Below are positions 1-11,748 of a stretch of DNA of 64,000 bases, in pieces. Numbering within the stretch: the first letter of the stretch is position 1; every line of letters starts with the position of its first letter. Source of the stretch: Octopus vulgaris. Its lineage: Eukaryota. The translations under genes were made by a program, and so were the position numbers. The notes under the pieces were generated by a model. That model worked only from the letters and a program-made list of their open reading frames with translations. It did not search any database and was not told the origin of the DNA. Location of the stretch: contig OX597814.1 in the NCBI GenBank assembly GCA_951406725.2, positions 153,636,001-153,700,000 of the forward strand, written 5' to 3'.

Positions 1-39
1 TCTATCTATCTATCTATCTATGACATCTATCTATACACA

Positions 40-138
<99 letters not shown>

Positions 139-180
139 CTATCTACCTATCTATCTATCTATCTATTTATCTATCTATCT
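1..180. repeat. (TCTA)n tetranucleotide microsatellite followed by (TG)n
   Basis: Direct tandem TCTA units; explains the SIYL-repeat ORF. Confidence 0.97.
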
Positions 181-229
181 TTCTCTAATGTGTGTGTGTG
201 TGTATGTGTGTGTGTGAGTGTGTGTGTGT

Positions 230-530
230 ATTAGACTGCTGTCATGCTGGGGTACTGCCTTGAAGAATTTTTAGTCAAATTACTCAATTCCAGTATTTTT
301 TTTTTTTTTGTTAAGCCTGGTGCTTATTCTATCATTCTCTTTTGCTGAACTGCTAGGTTATGAGAATGTCAAAATGCCAACACCAGTTTCAAGTGGTGGT
401 GGGGGACAAACACAGACACAAAGACACTCACACACACACACTGAGAGAGAAAGATAGATAGATAGATAAATAGATAGATAGATAGGTAGATAGGTAGGTA
501 GATAGATAGATAGATAGATAGATAGATGGG

Positions 531-564
<34 letters not shown>

Positions 565-720
565 TACAACTAGCACCTTTCAGTTTCCACCTACCAAATC
601 CACTCACAAGGCTTTGGTTGGCCTGTGGCTACAGTTAAAAACACTTGCTCAAGTTGCCACACAGTGGGACTGAACCTAGAGCCAAGTAGTTGGGAAACAA
701 CCTTCATACCACACAACTAC
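230..720 (-). mobile_element. tRNA-derived SINE, family A (internal microsatellite)
   Basis: Reverse complement matches the family A copies at 33238-33635 and 36942-37300 (ggttcagtcccactg...caccttgggcaagtgtctt...gaaactgaaag). Confidence 0.85.
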
Positions 721-733
721 ACCAGAACATAAA

Positions 734-790
<57 letters not shown>

Positions 791-1721
791 ATGTGTGCGC
801 ATGTGTGCATGTGTGCGCATGTGTGCATGTGTACGTGTGCATGTGTGCTTGTGTGTGTTGAGTATTAACTCTCAGTGGCATGACAAAGTGTAAAATTCTT
901 AACTAACACATTGAGAATAACTAATATATAAATAAGGAGAGTGAGAATGGGGGAAAGAGAGAGAGAGAGAAAGAGAAAGAGAGTGAGAGTGAGAGAACGA
1001 ACATGATTTCATTTTATATTTCTTATTGACATGCATTTAATATTTTCTCTCAAACGCAAAAACAGTCTGGAAAATTCTCAGTTTACACAAAAAGGAGGAT
1101 GATGTAATATCATATAAGTTCTCTGCTATTAAACTGAGAGAGAAAGTGTGTGGATAACAAAAAAGATTGAAATGAGAAGAGAAATAGATTGTGTGTGTGA
1201 GGGAATAAGAGGATTTGTCTTCTGATAGGATATAGTTTACTCTTATAGCTGGTAAGTAATATTGAAAGTGTAACTGACTTAATACATTTCGGAAATAGCA
1301 CGAATAGGTAAATTACATGGAAGCATGGATACCTTAAGAAAATATATTACTAACTACAGGTGAAGTGTTACATAGAGTGAATTAATAATAAAACTTGGCA
1401 CATCCCCTCATAAAGATTGCCAATTTGGCATAGTCTCTTATAGAAGATCTTTGTAACTTCTGCTTTAATTAGTTAGCAGTACTATTATTATAGGACAGTA
1501 GATTGACAGAATTGGCTGAGTGGAAACCAAAATGCTATATATTATTCTGTTAAATCCCTTTGCATTCAGAGTTTAAATCCCACTGAGTCAACTTCACCAT
1601 TCATCTTTCTAGGGTCAATAAAACAGAGTACTGGTAAAGTACTAAATTTTATATAATTGACTGTAATCTCCCCTAAATTTGTGATATTCTGTTTTTATAG
1701 ACATCATTATTTAGTTCAAAT

Positions 1722-2135
1722 CAAGCTGGTGAGCTTGGTAGAAGCGTTAGCATGCCGGGTGAAATGCTTAGTGGTATTTCGTCTGCCGCTACATTCTGAG
1801 TTCAAATTCTGCCGAGGTCAACTTTACTTTTCATCCTTTCAGGGTCAATAAATTAAGTATCCATTATGCACTGGGGTTGATATAATCGACTTAATCCCTT
1901 TCCCAAAATTTGAGGCCTTGTGCTTCCAGTAGAAAAGAATCATTAGCATGTTAGGCAAAATGCTTTGTGGCATTTTATCCGTCTTTACATTCTGAGTTCA
2001 AATTCCTCTGAGGTCAACTTTACCTTTCATCCTTTCAGAGTCACTAAAATAAGTACTAGTTGAACAATGGAGTTGATGTAATTGACCTGCTTCTTCCCCC
2101 AAAATTGCTGGCCTTGTGCCAAAATTTAAAACCAA
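1722..2135 (+). mobile_element. Two tandem SINEs, family B (MetaSINE-like central domain)
   Basis: tRNA-like head (gagttcaaattc B-box) plus cttttcatcctttcagggtcaataaattaagta core repeated many times in the window; Meta-domain assignment is from recall. Confidence 0.8.
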
Positions 2136-2514
2136 TGTTTCTTCTGACTCAAAATAGTGAATTAGCAGAATACTTCCTGCATGAGGCAAAATGCTTAGCA
2201 GCATTTCATCCATTTTCATGAGGCCAAAGTCATCAACTACCCTCTTGTTAATTGCTGGCCTTGTGCCAAAACTTGAAATAATTATTTCATTCAGCTAAAA
2301 ATTGAAATATTCTTTCCTTGGGTATTTTTGAAGCACAGTCTAAAACCATTTCTGACATAAAATAGTGATGTTTTCTATTTTGAAATATGAATTAACGAGT
2401 AGACTCTAAGTGGTTACTCAACCTGCTAGAAAGAGCAAGCAAATCTCTCTCAAATTACACTCCACCATTTTACAAGAAAAGATGCTATTAGATAAAATAT
2501 CCTATCTGTTACCT

Positions 2515-2888
2515 TTTACTTGTTTCAGTCATGTGACTACAGCCATGCAGTGGCACCACTTGGAAGTGATTAGTCAAACAAATTGACTCTAGTACTTATT
2601 TTTCAGTCTAGTGCTTATGCTATTGATATCTTTTGCCAAGCTGCTAAGTTATAGGGATGTAAACAAACCAATACTGGTTGTCAAGCAGTGGTGGTGGTGG
2701 TGGGTAAAAACATAAAGATGCACACACACATATGGCAGGCTTCCACATAGTTTCTGTCCACCAAATTCACTCACAAGGCATTGGTTGGCCCAGGGCTATA
2801 GTAGCAGACACTTGCCCAAGGTGCCATGCAATGGGACTGAACCCAAAACCACATGGTTACAAAGTAAGCTTCTTGATTACACAGCCAT
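2515..2888 (-). mobile_element. SINE family A
   Basis: Homologous to other family A copies. Confidence 0.8.
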
Positions 2889-3684
2889 AGAAAAGAGTAG
2901 ATTTTCATTTGAAATTAGTTACATAATCATATTCTTTATCTGCCAACCTTTTTCAGTAACAAAATTGCCAGATTATTTATTACTTTCTGTTGCGATCACC
3001 TCTACAGATTTTCTATAGAAATTTTGTAGAGATGATCTTAACATGTGGTTTAAGTGCACTGCTACCACAGTAGTACACAGTACTGTTTTATAAAAATGAA
3101 TGTTTAATATACTTTGTAGCATATTATGGTTGTGTAAAGAAATACTGTGTGCCTACAGGTAACTAATACTTTTTGTTGGTTGTTGTCTATAATCTTTCCA
3201 TACTGTATTTTGCCTTTTCACATGGATAAAATAAGGTTTTATAGTATTCAGAATCCATGAATATAACTGCATTCCCTTTATTCACTTTAATTGTCAATTT
3301 GTTATCAATCATTTTTCAGTTCAGTTACATCTACTCACTCAATAATGCTGAAGTTTGACTTATTTCTTTGTCATTGTATGGAAAAAAATTTCAAAATGTA
3401 TTAAGAAATACATAAAGAATGAGGTTCTATAGAATGCAATTTTGGTATGATTATTGCATTACCCCAACATGGAAGACATATATTACTCATTCAAAGACAC
3501 ACAAAGACTTAACTTCACTTAAAGTGGTAAGAAACTTTCAAAAGAGCTGAACAGCAAAAGGCCTTCAGAGAAGAAACCTACTTCGGGCAAGTATTTCAGC
3601 TTTTAACTTTAATTATTTAGTGTTAAAATTTTCCTTGCATCAGTTGCAATCTGGTCACTGGCAAGGTTTCAATGAAACCAAATA

Positions 3685-3907
3685 CTGGTTTCAAATTTTG
3701 GCAAAAGGCTAGAAATGTTGGGGGAGGGTGTGAGTCAATTACAATGACCCCAGTGCTCAATTGGTACTTATTCTATCAACCTTGAAAAGGATAAAAGGTA
3801 AAGTCAACCTTGGTGGAATTTGAACTCAGGAAATAAAGATGGACGAAATGCATCTAAGCATTTTGCCTGGCATGCTAATGTTTCTACCAACTTGCCACCT
3901 TAATGGC
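3685..3907 (-). mobile_element. SINE family B inserted in left arm of the inverted duplication
   Basis: Family B core; flanked by ACCAAATA direct repeat (3677-3684 and 3908-3915). Confidence 0.85.
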
Positions 3908-4124
3908 ACCAAATAATAATAAACGTTTAAGCGAAGTTAATAGTCTTCACCCAAAGGATGCTACTTTTGGGTGGAAAATAACTGCTGTTGTTCCTAACAA
4001 GTGACTGACAAACATTATTCTTATGAAATTATTCTTCTGTGAGTTTCAATTTTCTATAAATATATCCAATTTCAGGAGCACATATTCTGAAAAAAAAAAA
4101 AATTTAGTGCATTGAAGCATGTAA

Positions 4125-4293
4125 TACTTTCCTTATTGAGCAGATTTAAAATCCTTGAGGCCTGTATCATTGATTGGTTAAGATATTTCACAGTACACCT
4201 TACAGGTAACTTTGCATATAGGACCTGGAGTGACTTTCTGAGACATTTTTTGGAAAAAAGTGTGTTTTATATGCTTTCCAAAAAGTTTGTTCT

Positions 4294-4343
<50 letters not shown>

Positions 4344-4922
4344 CATTCACACACGTGTGTGGATGTATATGCATGTGTAAACGAGAGTGTGTGTCTGTCA
4401 GTATTTATGTTCACCTCTATAAGCCTGTGTGTCATGCTGTATCCCCTTAGGCCAAAATAGTTAACTTAGTAATTCAATAAATAAAGATTGATAAAGTAAG
4501 TATTGTACTGAAATAAATACTGGAGCCAATATGATCAGCAAAAAACACTTGAAGACGATGCTCCAGCATGGGCACTGCCTAATGACTAAGTTAAAGGATA
4601 TACCTAGCTAAAGAGTAAAAAATAAAAGAATGACTAAAGACCAAATTCTTATTTGGAAATAACTACACTTAGAAGACTCTTGGGGAAATTCTCACTTAAC
4701 ATAACAGAATAGAAGTTAAGAAAAAGAATTTAAGAAATGATTGTGAAGATGTGAGTAAAAAATAAATGAAAACAGTTTCTTTAAATTGAAATGTACTGTT
4801 TGAATAAAATCTAAACTAACATTTTAGTAACTTTTCATTACCTGTAAGGTGTACTGTGAAATATCTTAACCAATCAATGATACAGGCCTCAAGGATTTTA
4901 AATCTGCTCAATAAGGAAAGTA
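4125..4922. repeat. Perfect 85-bp inverted repeat (4125-4209 vs 4838-4922)
   Basis: Base-by-base comparison shows 85/85 complementarity; the same peptide LSLLSRFKILEACIIDWLRYFTVHLTG appears in ORFs on both strands. Confidence 0.97.
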
Positions 4923-4924
4923 AT
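4842..4924 (-). CDS. Alternative candidate exon, 83 nt, peptide LLSLLSRFKILEACIIDWLRYFTVHLT(G)
   Basis: Long polypyrimidine tract then aacAG acceptor on minus strand, donor CAG|GTAATG at 4841; boundaries nearly coincide with the perfect inverted repeat. Confidence 0.35.
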
Positions 4925-4935
4925 CTGTTATATAG
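4849..4935 (+). CDS. Candidate internal coding exon, 87 nt, symmetric phase 2-2, peptide (R)CTVKYLNQSMIQASRILNLLNKESNLLY(R); gene not recognised
   Basis: CTAAC branch-like motif at 4816-4820, acceptor ...cctgtaAG (4847-4848), donor AG|GTATGT at 4936, open frame, length divisible by 3. No partner exon identified. Confidence 0.4.
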
Positions 4936-5660
4936 GTATGTTTGAAAAGAAAAGGGAAACAAAGCAAAAAGAAAAACTAAAAAAAAAAAAAAAATGAAAA
5001 AAAATGCTATTATTTGCACTTAAAACATCTTGAAGCATTTATCTTTCAAATTCTCTTCACTATTTTTTCCTTCTCAGAAGCAGCATAAAATAAACTATCA
5101 ATAAACTAGTACAATATTTTGGAGATGTACTCGTCTGGCAAACAATTTGATCTAAGACTGTGTTAAAACTAAAACAATTACAGCATGCAAGGTACATATC
5201 AGTTATTCAAAAACACACAGAAACTGTTAACTTCTCTTAGACATTTATTCTCATTTGGTGTCAGCGGAACTTTGTCAGTGACCAGGTTGCAATTGATCTG
5301 ACAAAAATTTTAACACCAAATAGATATTTAAGTGAAGTAAACTGTCTTAAGGTGGTGCTCCAGCATGGCTGCAGTCTGCTGTCAAAATGACTGAAACAAG
5401 TAAAGTAAAAGTGTTAATAAGTACAAGCATGGCTGTGTGGTAAGAAGCTTGCTTTCCAACCCCATGCTTCTGGGTTCAGTCCCACTACATGACACCTTGG
5501 CCAAGTGTCTTCTAATATAGACTTGGGCTGACCAAAGTCTTGAGGTGGATTTGGTAGGCAGAAACTGAAAGAAGCCCATTGTATACACACACACACACAC
5601 ACACATATATATTTGTAAAGAATAAAAAGTATTGAATGGTACAACAATGCACTATAATAC

Positions 5661-5817
5661 AAACAATGGGCTATATACCTGTTGTAATTTGGTCATCCAT
5701 AGTCTGATATGATATTTCGGAATAAAATTCCTTCTTCAGATATTCTTAGATAGAGTCGCTGCTATATTCCAAAATATCATCAGACTAAATTACAACAGGT
5801 ATATAGCCCATTGTTTA
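5661..5817. repeat. Fold-back element with long inverted arms carrying a hammerhead motif
   Basis: aaacaatgggctatatacctgttgtaattt...tagtctgat(at)gatatttcggaata pairs with tattccaaaatatcatcagacta-aattacaacaggtatatagcccattgttt. Confidence 0.9.
5707..5743 (-). ncRNA. Minimal type I hammerhead ribozyme
   Basis: Minus strand: AUAU-CUGAAGA-A-GGAAU(uuu)AUUCC-GAAA-UA-UC|AUAU; intact core, 5-bp stem II, loopless palindromic stem III, 4-bp stem I. Confidence 0.7.
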
Positions 5818-5859
5818 TATTATAGTGCATTGCTGTACCATTTGTTATCTACAGAATTC

Positions 5860-7610
5860 AAGTGTATTTTCAGATTTTTTCTATAAGCCATAGTTTTTCT
5901 ATGATAGCATATGTAAATTGTTAAAGAATTGTATTTCATGATTTCAAAAATCGGGTTGATATTACAAGGAAACTTACCTTTAAAACATAGAAGTGTATGA
6001 TTTTTGACTGTTATTAGCTTCTGGAACATCCCTTTTTAGTGACCAACAAATAATCAGCCAACATAGAAGAGCTCCACTTGCCTTGGTACCAGGTTTCCAT
6101 GTTCAGAAACCTTTCACTGTCCTCGTCACTGACAGCCCCAAGATTTGCAGGGAAAAGTGAGAGTTCAAGAAGTAGATTTTTAGGCTCATATTGCACTCCA
6201 AGGCCTTGTATGATGTCAGTAGCTCTTTCACAATTTTGGACTAGTTCTCTGCTCTGTGATTCCCCCAAAACTCTCTGCAAACTTTCTTAAATGACAGTCA
6301 TGCAGCTTTTTCAACATCATTGAGATCTTCATCAAATCTTTGGTCTCTCATCAGCTCCTTAATCTGTGGCCCAACAAAAATGCTTTCTTTGATTTTTGCG
6401 TCACTTACTCTTGGAAATCTAGTTTTCAAATATGTGAATCGCTTACCAGTTCTATGCATACCTTTGACGAAATTCTTCATCAACCCTAGCTTAATATGCA
6501 AAGGAGGCAGATAAATTTTCTCAGAATCATCATCAAAAGGAGGATTGATGACATTCTTCTGTGCAGGAGTCAGAGATCGTTTCAGCCACACATTTTTTTC
6601 ATAATGACTTTTCTTATCCCAACTGTTCCACTCACAGAGAAAGTCACAATCCAGCTGCATTGCAAGTAAAAGTGCCACAACCATTAGGCCACCACAAGTG
6701 TTCCATTTATGTTCCTCATACTTTTTGCCCCAAAAGTTTCATAATCTCTTATGTTTCCTTCATGTTAACTTCATGGGCCAGAGGAACAGAAGGAAACTTA
6801 TTTCCATTGTGCAGTGAAATTGCTTATTTTCAAAATTACTTTTGAGGAGTCAATAAACAAATGTCACTCATTTGAGCTATATTTGTGGTTAAATTCCTCC
6901 ATAGCAGAATATACATCATTACAAAACATCACACCATCCACAAGTGAAGAAAAATTGCAAAACCACAATACTGAGCACGATAAAAACTAACTTTGGTCTC
7001 TTTCTGGAGAAGATTCCAGCCCTTTAACCTGGAACCAAGAAATTCAGATTGCTTTTTCGACAAGTTTAAATCCCACACAAGATCATTCAAATCTCCCTGA
7101 CTCAACAAATGTGGTTCACTTGAAGAACAGTTAGGTTCAAAGTCCATGTCTTCTGTTTCTTTCTCCACATCTTCATCGCTTGATGTCATCACCAAGTGTC
7201 ATCTATTTTGGAGGGTCAGGTACAGGTAAGTGTTAACTGTGAAGTACTGGTATCATAGCCGATTGTAAATTACAATATCTTACAGTATGCTTGGATTTTT
7301 ATGTTATACCTTGTATATTAATCATACAGAAGTAGCAATCTGAAGTGTGATCTTTGGGCTCTCTCCAAATCATAGGGATGGCAAAAGGCATATGGTGGGA
7401 ACCTTTGGTTCATGCAGTAAGAAGTCTGACACAGGTTACACATCACACATTAGGGGCCCAACTTTTATCCTGGTCATCCACTTTGCAGTCAAAGTAATGT
7501 TCATAGCACTTTTTAATCAATGGCGTGAAATGCCATCTTTGTGACTTGAATGTTAAGTCGCCGTAAATATAGCAAAAGTTGTTTGCAATGTTTATACACA
7601 TTAGAGTGTA
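5860..7610 (-). mobile_element. Degenerate DNA transposon, Chapaev3 (CMC)-like transposase pseudogene
   Basis: Colinear fragments: DQDKSWAP..C..CVRLL...[22 protein letters not shown]; EPHLLSQGDLNDLVWDLNLSKKQSEFLGSRLKGWNLL; LPPLHIKLGLMKNFVK...SDAKIKESIFVGPQIK; NLGAVSDE..ERF..METWYQGKW..SMLADY; multiple stops and frameshifts. Family name from recall. Confidence 0.8.
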
Positions 7611-7739
7611 GCTTCATAACACATACCCTTTTTACTTACTTTATCAATGGTCTTTTGCTCCTTATGGATCAAAGGTTATTGGTTACTTTTCTTTAGTGTT
7701 CTCAACTTTGGCCAACACAACCATTTTTATCTCTGGGTT

Positions 7740-7875
7740 GAACTGGTCCATATTAGTTTGGCTTCTATACTTTGAACGGTCCAGCATGAGTGACCCTCCC
7801 AGGAGCTTGTGCTCCACTGGCATAGCTCTCAGGGCAATTGAGGCACACGAGTCACAACGCCACAACAAGGACTGG
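7740..7875 (-). mobile_element. RTE/BovB-type 5' UTR-like fragment
   Basis: Minus strand ccttgttgtggcg...gtgcctcaattgccctgagagctatgcc...gctcctgggagggtcactcatgctggac resembles the conserved RTE 5' region. Confidence 0.55.
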
Positions 7876-9621
7876 ACTTTGTAGCAAAATAATTTTGAGT
7901 GACTATGTAGTTGTAAGCATACATAAACACTCCAGTAGAACATTCACGATCTGATAACTGGGGCTGCACCAGCACCAGACTGGTACTCATTGCAGCTGAG
8001 TTGTTTGGAGCAATGTGAAATGAAGTATCTTGCTCAAGAATACAACATGCTGCTCAGTACATATATTTTGTAAAGAGGGCATAGCTGATTATATTATGCT
8101 TTTATTACCCTTTAGGAAAATAAAATTCCAAGTCAGCTTTGGTAAGATTCAAGCTCAACGCTGTCTTTAACATAAAGACTTTCCATAAGAAGATCAGATA
8201 ATCCTGAAAAATCTCTTATAAAATTTCTTTTACAGACATCAATCGAATTGGTTAGATGAGATGAATCATCACCCCTTACTTACAATATTTTATATATTCT
8301 TATTTATTTCATATAAAAGATAGTATCCCAAGCTGGATACAGATTTTCAACAAGCCAGTTATTTATGATGAGGGAAGTGACAAGGAAATGTCTGTGCAAC
8401 TCAGGAAGAATATAGTTCAAAAGAACTGTTTTATTAGTTTTCTTTCCAATATCTGCATCTTTCATCAATATACATGAGCAAATGATACATAGATTACATA
8501 GCAATACATACATGCACACACAAAGAAAGCTTACACATAGTTTCTGCCTACTAAATTCTAGTCACAAGATGTTAGTCAACCCAAGATTATGGTAGAAGAT
8601 ACTTGCTCAAGGTGCTAAAGTGGGATTGAACCCAGCACCATGTAGTTACAAAGTAAACTTCTTAGTCACACAGTCAAACTTTCATGCTTACTACTATTCT
8701 AGAAAATGTTTTGGAGACTCCAAGATTACACAGGCGATGAAATGGTAACATAAAACGGTGGATCGGTCACCTGCCTATACATCATCTGGGGGCGCAGGGC
8801 CTCTGTCAGTTAATGTGACCATATATCTTGGATGTATATATGCAGGCCTTGGTAAGATGCTGATGCATGAAGTTTCCCCTACGTGCCATTGATGTTTATC
8901 CATGGGCAAGGGCTCCTGATTGAGTTTGACATCAAGATCATTGCAAGTGTTGCTGTCAGAACACGAAAAAAAACAGAATAGCTACTGCAGAGCATCCTGC
9001 TTGACCCTCTAGCAATTCTACTAATCTACCACCCTAGACTAGTACGTTATTCATCAACCCTGAAAGTATGAAAGCCAAAAGTGGCCTTAGTGGGATTTGA
9101 ACTGGGAGTTAAAACAAAAACTATGAGTCATTCTATCTAACATTTTAACCACTCTGTTAATTCACCACTTTGTACTATTTGTAGAGAACCTTCCCAAATC
9201 AATCCCAAGGGCAAGTGCTTGACAAGGAGATCCCCAAGGGTCATTCATTGACCTAATGGTATAAGGTGAAAGAATGCGCACATAAAGCAAAGCTCCAAGA
9301 AACAAGAACTTTGAAAGAAAAGTTTATATTTTTATCCTGGGACTCTTACTGTATAGTTACAGAAGACCTAGAAGGAATAATCACAAATTTATTGCCATGA
9401 ATATAGCACAAGTGATGCTAATGACCAAGTCTTTGGTAATGAAGTTGTGCTACTGCTGTTGCTAATAAAAGAGTAATAATTATCTCCTGAATTGTTTTGC
9501 CAACACCCATAAGTGAGATTAAGACTGCAAATACAGTAGTAGTATTAGTGGTGGTGGTGTGGTATTGGTGATAGTAGAAGTAGTGGTAGTGTTGATAGCG
9601 GTGGTATGGTGATAACAGTAA

Positions 9622-9652
<31 letters not shown>

Positions 9653-10339
9653 TGCTGTTGTTGCAGGAGTGGTTTGAACCTTACAATTTCAATATTAGTG
9701 CGATTTTCTATTTCACTAGCAAACATAGTTCTACTGATGTGGCACTGAAGTATGATGTGGAAGGGGTGGGGTGAGATAGGGGTAATTACTTTCAGGCCTC
9801 ATAACAACAAAACAACATATATAACAAGAATAAGCCAACAAGGGGGCCTCTATGTGGTGATTTGACTTGATGGAAATAGCAGGTAAATCTCCTTTCACTT
9901 TATAGCCTCTGATATATTAGGTTAGAAAAGAAGATGGGGTGGTCATAACTGGAATGTCTTTGATCATAGTTCTTCTACATTAGGGTCGAACTGGGGTTAA
10001 ACCACTGCCACAAGAGCACACTAACTTTACTAAGTTAGACCACATAAATAATTGTTTCTAACAGGCACAAAACCAGAAATATCGGAGATAGGATTGGTTG
10101 ACTATGCTGACCCCAGTTCTTGACAGGAGCTCTATTTTATCAGCCCTGGAAGGATGAAAGGCAAAACTGACCTTGGTTGGATTGAACTCAGAATGAAAAA
10201 ATACAAGACATTTTGGCCAACACTCTACTTACACACCACCCTTAGGACATTAATTATTTAAACAAGTCTACAAATCTATTGAAGACCTCTCTTCTTTAAT
10301 ATATGTTGTACATACACTTTTATCTTATTCTTTAATATT

Positions 10340-10791
10340 TCAAGCATAAAACTGCTGGTCATCCATCACCAAATGGTGAACACAATCACTGTTTTCTTCA
10401 GTGATGGCAGTTGCAGGACATTCAGACCTTAGGTCACTTTCAAACTCTCTCTCTCTTCCCCTCCTAAATTCAGCTGCCCACTCTTGCACTGTTGATAAAA
10501 CTGGAGCATCAACCCCTAATGTAGTAACCATGTCAGCATGAATGTCCTTTAGAGCTAAATCCTTTTTCTGCATGTACTTGATAACACCATGATACCAAAT
10601 TTTCTCCTTTTTCAAGAGAAGTTGCTACTAGTTACTTTTGAAGTTTTCTCTGAACAGTCAGATGTCAGTTTTACTGGAAAGAAACAATGCAGTTATTAAT
10701 AAGAAGAGATGAAATTAATACGTGCCTGATTTCACAGCTCTAACATCACTCTTTTATAGTCAATCTATGAACTTTTCAGCTCACCCTTGTA
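10340..10791 (-). mobile_element. 5' portion of a mariner transposon (TIR plus N-terminal HTH)
   Basis: ORF 10340-10615 (KDIHADMVTTLGVDAP..STVQEWAAEFRRGR..ESDLRSECPATAITEEN) is a mariner HTH; TIR-like TAcaagggtgagctgaaaagttcatag at 10765-10791. Confidence 0.88.
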
Positions 10792-10888
10792 GCAAAAGAA
10801 AATGGAGAATGGCAATGTGCTGGTAACATTTGAATAGACATATGGGGATGGTAGAGGTTGTGACATGTGCATACTGGTATTTTCACAA

Positions 10889-11148
10889 TCACCAATCACA
10901 CAATTTGCATCTGTTGTTAGTTGATGGATTTAAATTATAAATGAGGATGTCCTCATTAATTCTTAAATTTTTAATGTTCCATGCAATAACTTTGATGGTG
11001 ACCATGATGTCTTGAGTGTGGAAATTCTTCAGATGTTTTTTAATGGAAGGTGTACTTGCCTGGATGTGTTCCTTAATGCAGATACTCAATTGGTGGATAA
11101 TGCTTGCAATGTAGGATCCACAACATTTATTGTAAACTATATTGTATA
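10889..11148 (-). mobile_element. Penelope-like element GIY-YIG endonuclease remnant
   Basis: VYNKCCGSYIAS..HQLSICIKEH...SIKKHL...LRINEDILIYNLNPSTN resembles the PLE GIY-YIG C-terminus (YIG..R..EH..E..I..P.LN). Confidence 0.65.
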
Positions 11149-11149
11149 C

Positions 11150-11395
11150 CGTGGAGGTGTGTGGCTTCGTGGTTAGGGTGTCAGCACCATGATTGTAAGA
11201 TTGTGGTTTCGATTCCTGGATTGGGCGATGCATTGTATTCTTGAGCAAAACACTTCATTTCATTTTGCTCCAGTCCACTCAGCTGGCAAAAATGAGTAAC
11301 ACTGTGATGGACTGGCATTCCATCCAGCTGGGGGAACACATATGCCATAGAAACCGGGCCCATGAGCCTGGCTAGGCTTTAAAAGGGCGCATTTA
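11150..11395 (+). mobile_element. tRNA-derived SINE, family D
   Basis: A-box tggcttcgtggttagg and B-box gtttcgattcc; related heads at 17690, 51733, 55118. Confidence 0.8.
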
Positions 11396-11528
11396 TTTTT
11401 ATTGTTAGCACATCAGACAAAATGCTTAGTGGCATTTCTTCTGGCACTCTACATTCTGAGTTCAAACCCTGCTGAGGTCAACTTTGCTTTTCATCCCTTT
11501 GGGATTGATAAAATAAAGCACCAGTTAA

Positions 11529-11748
11529 CCCTTTTATTACTGTATTTATTTTGAGATGCTTTGTGTTTGTTTCAATTACTTTAAATATAACAAAGAATTT
11601 AGTAAAATAACTTAGTTGTCATTCAGCTAGTGTTAGGTACATAAATTGTGACTAAGGTTTGGTGGAAGATTTTAATTCAAAATTTATGAAAACAAGACAT
11701 TTGTACTCAGGGCCAGAGCCAGTTTCAGCCGGGTTGGTAATGAAAGGG
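11529..11748. mobile_element. piggyBac-type MITE
   Basis: TTAA|CCCTTT...AAAGGG|TTAA; interrupts a family B SINE; second copy at 21481-21699. Confidence 0.85.

Noticed and set aside
20-893. SIYL-repeat and CV-repeat ORFs
   Set aside because: Translations of (TCTA)n and (TG)n microsatellites; the same applies to the poly-S/V/D/M/N/I/H ORFs at 22101, 30199-30608, 53471-54129 and 59582.
8304-8519. Open frames on both strands in a unique-looking segment
   Set aside because: No recognisable protein and no matching splice-site pair.
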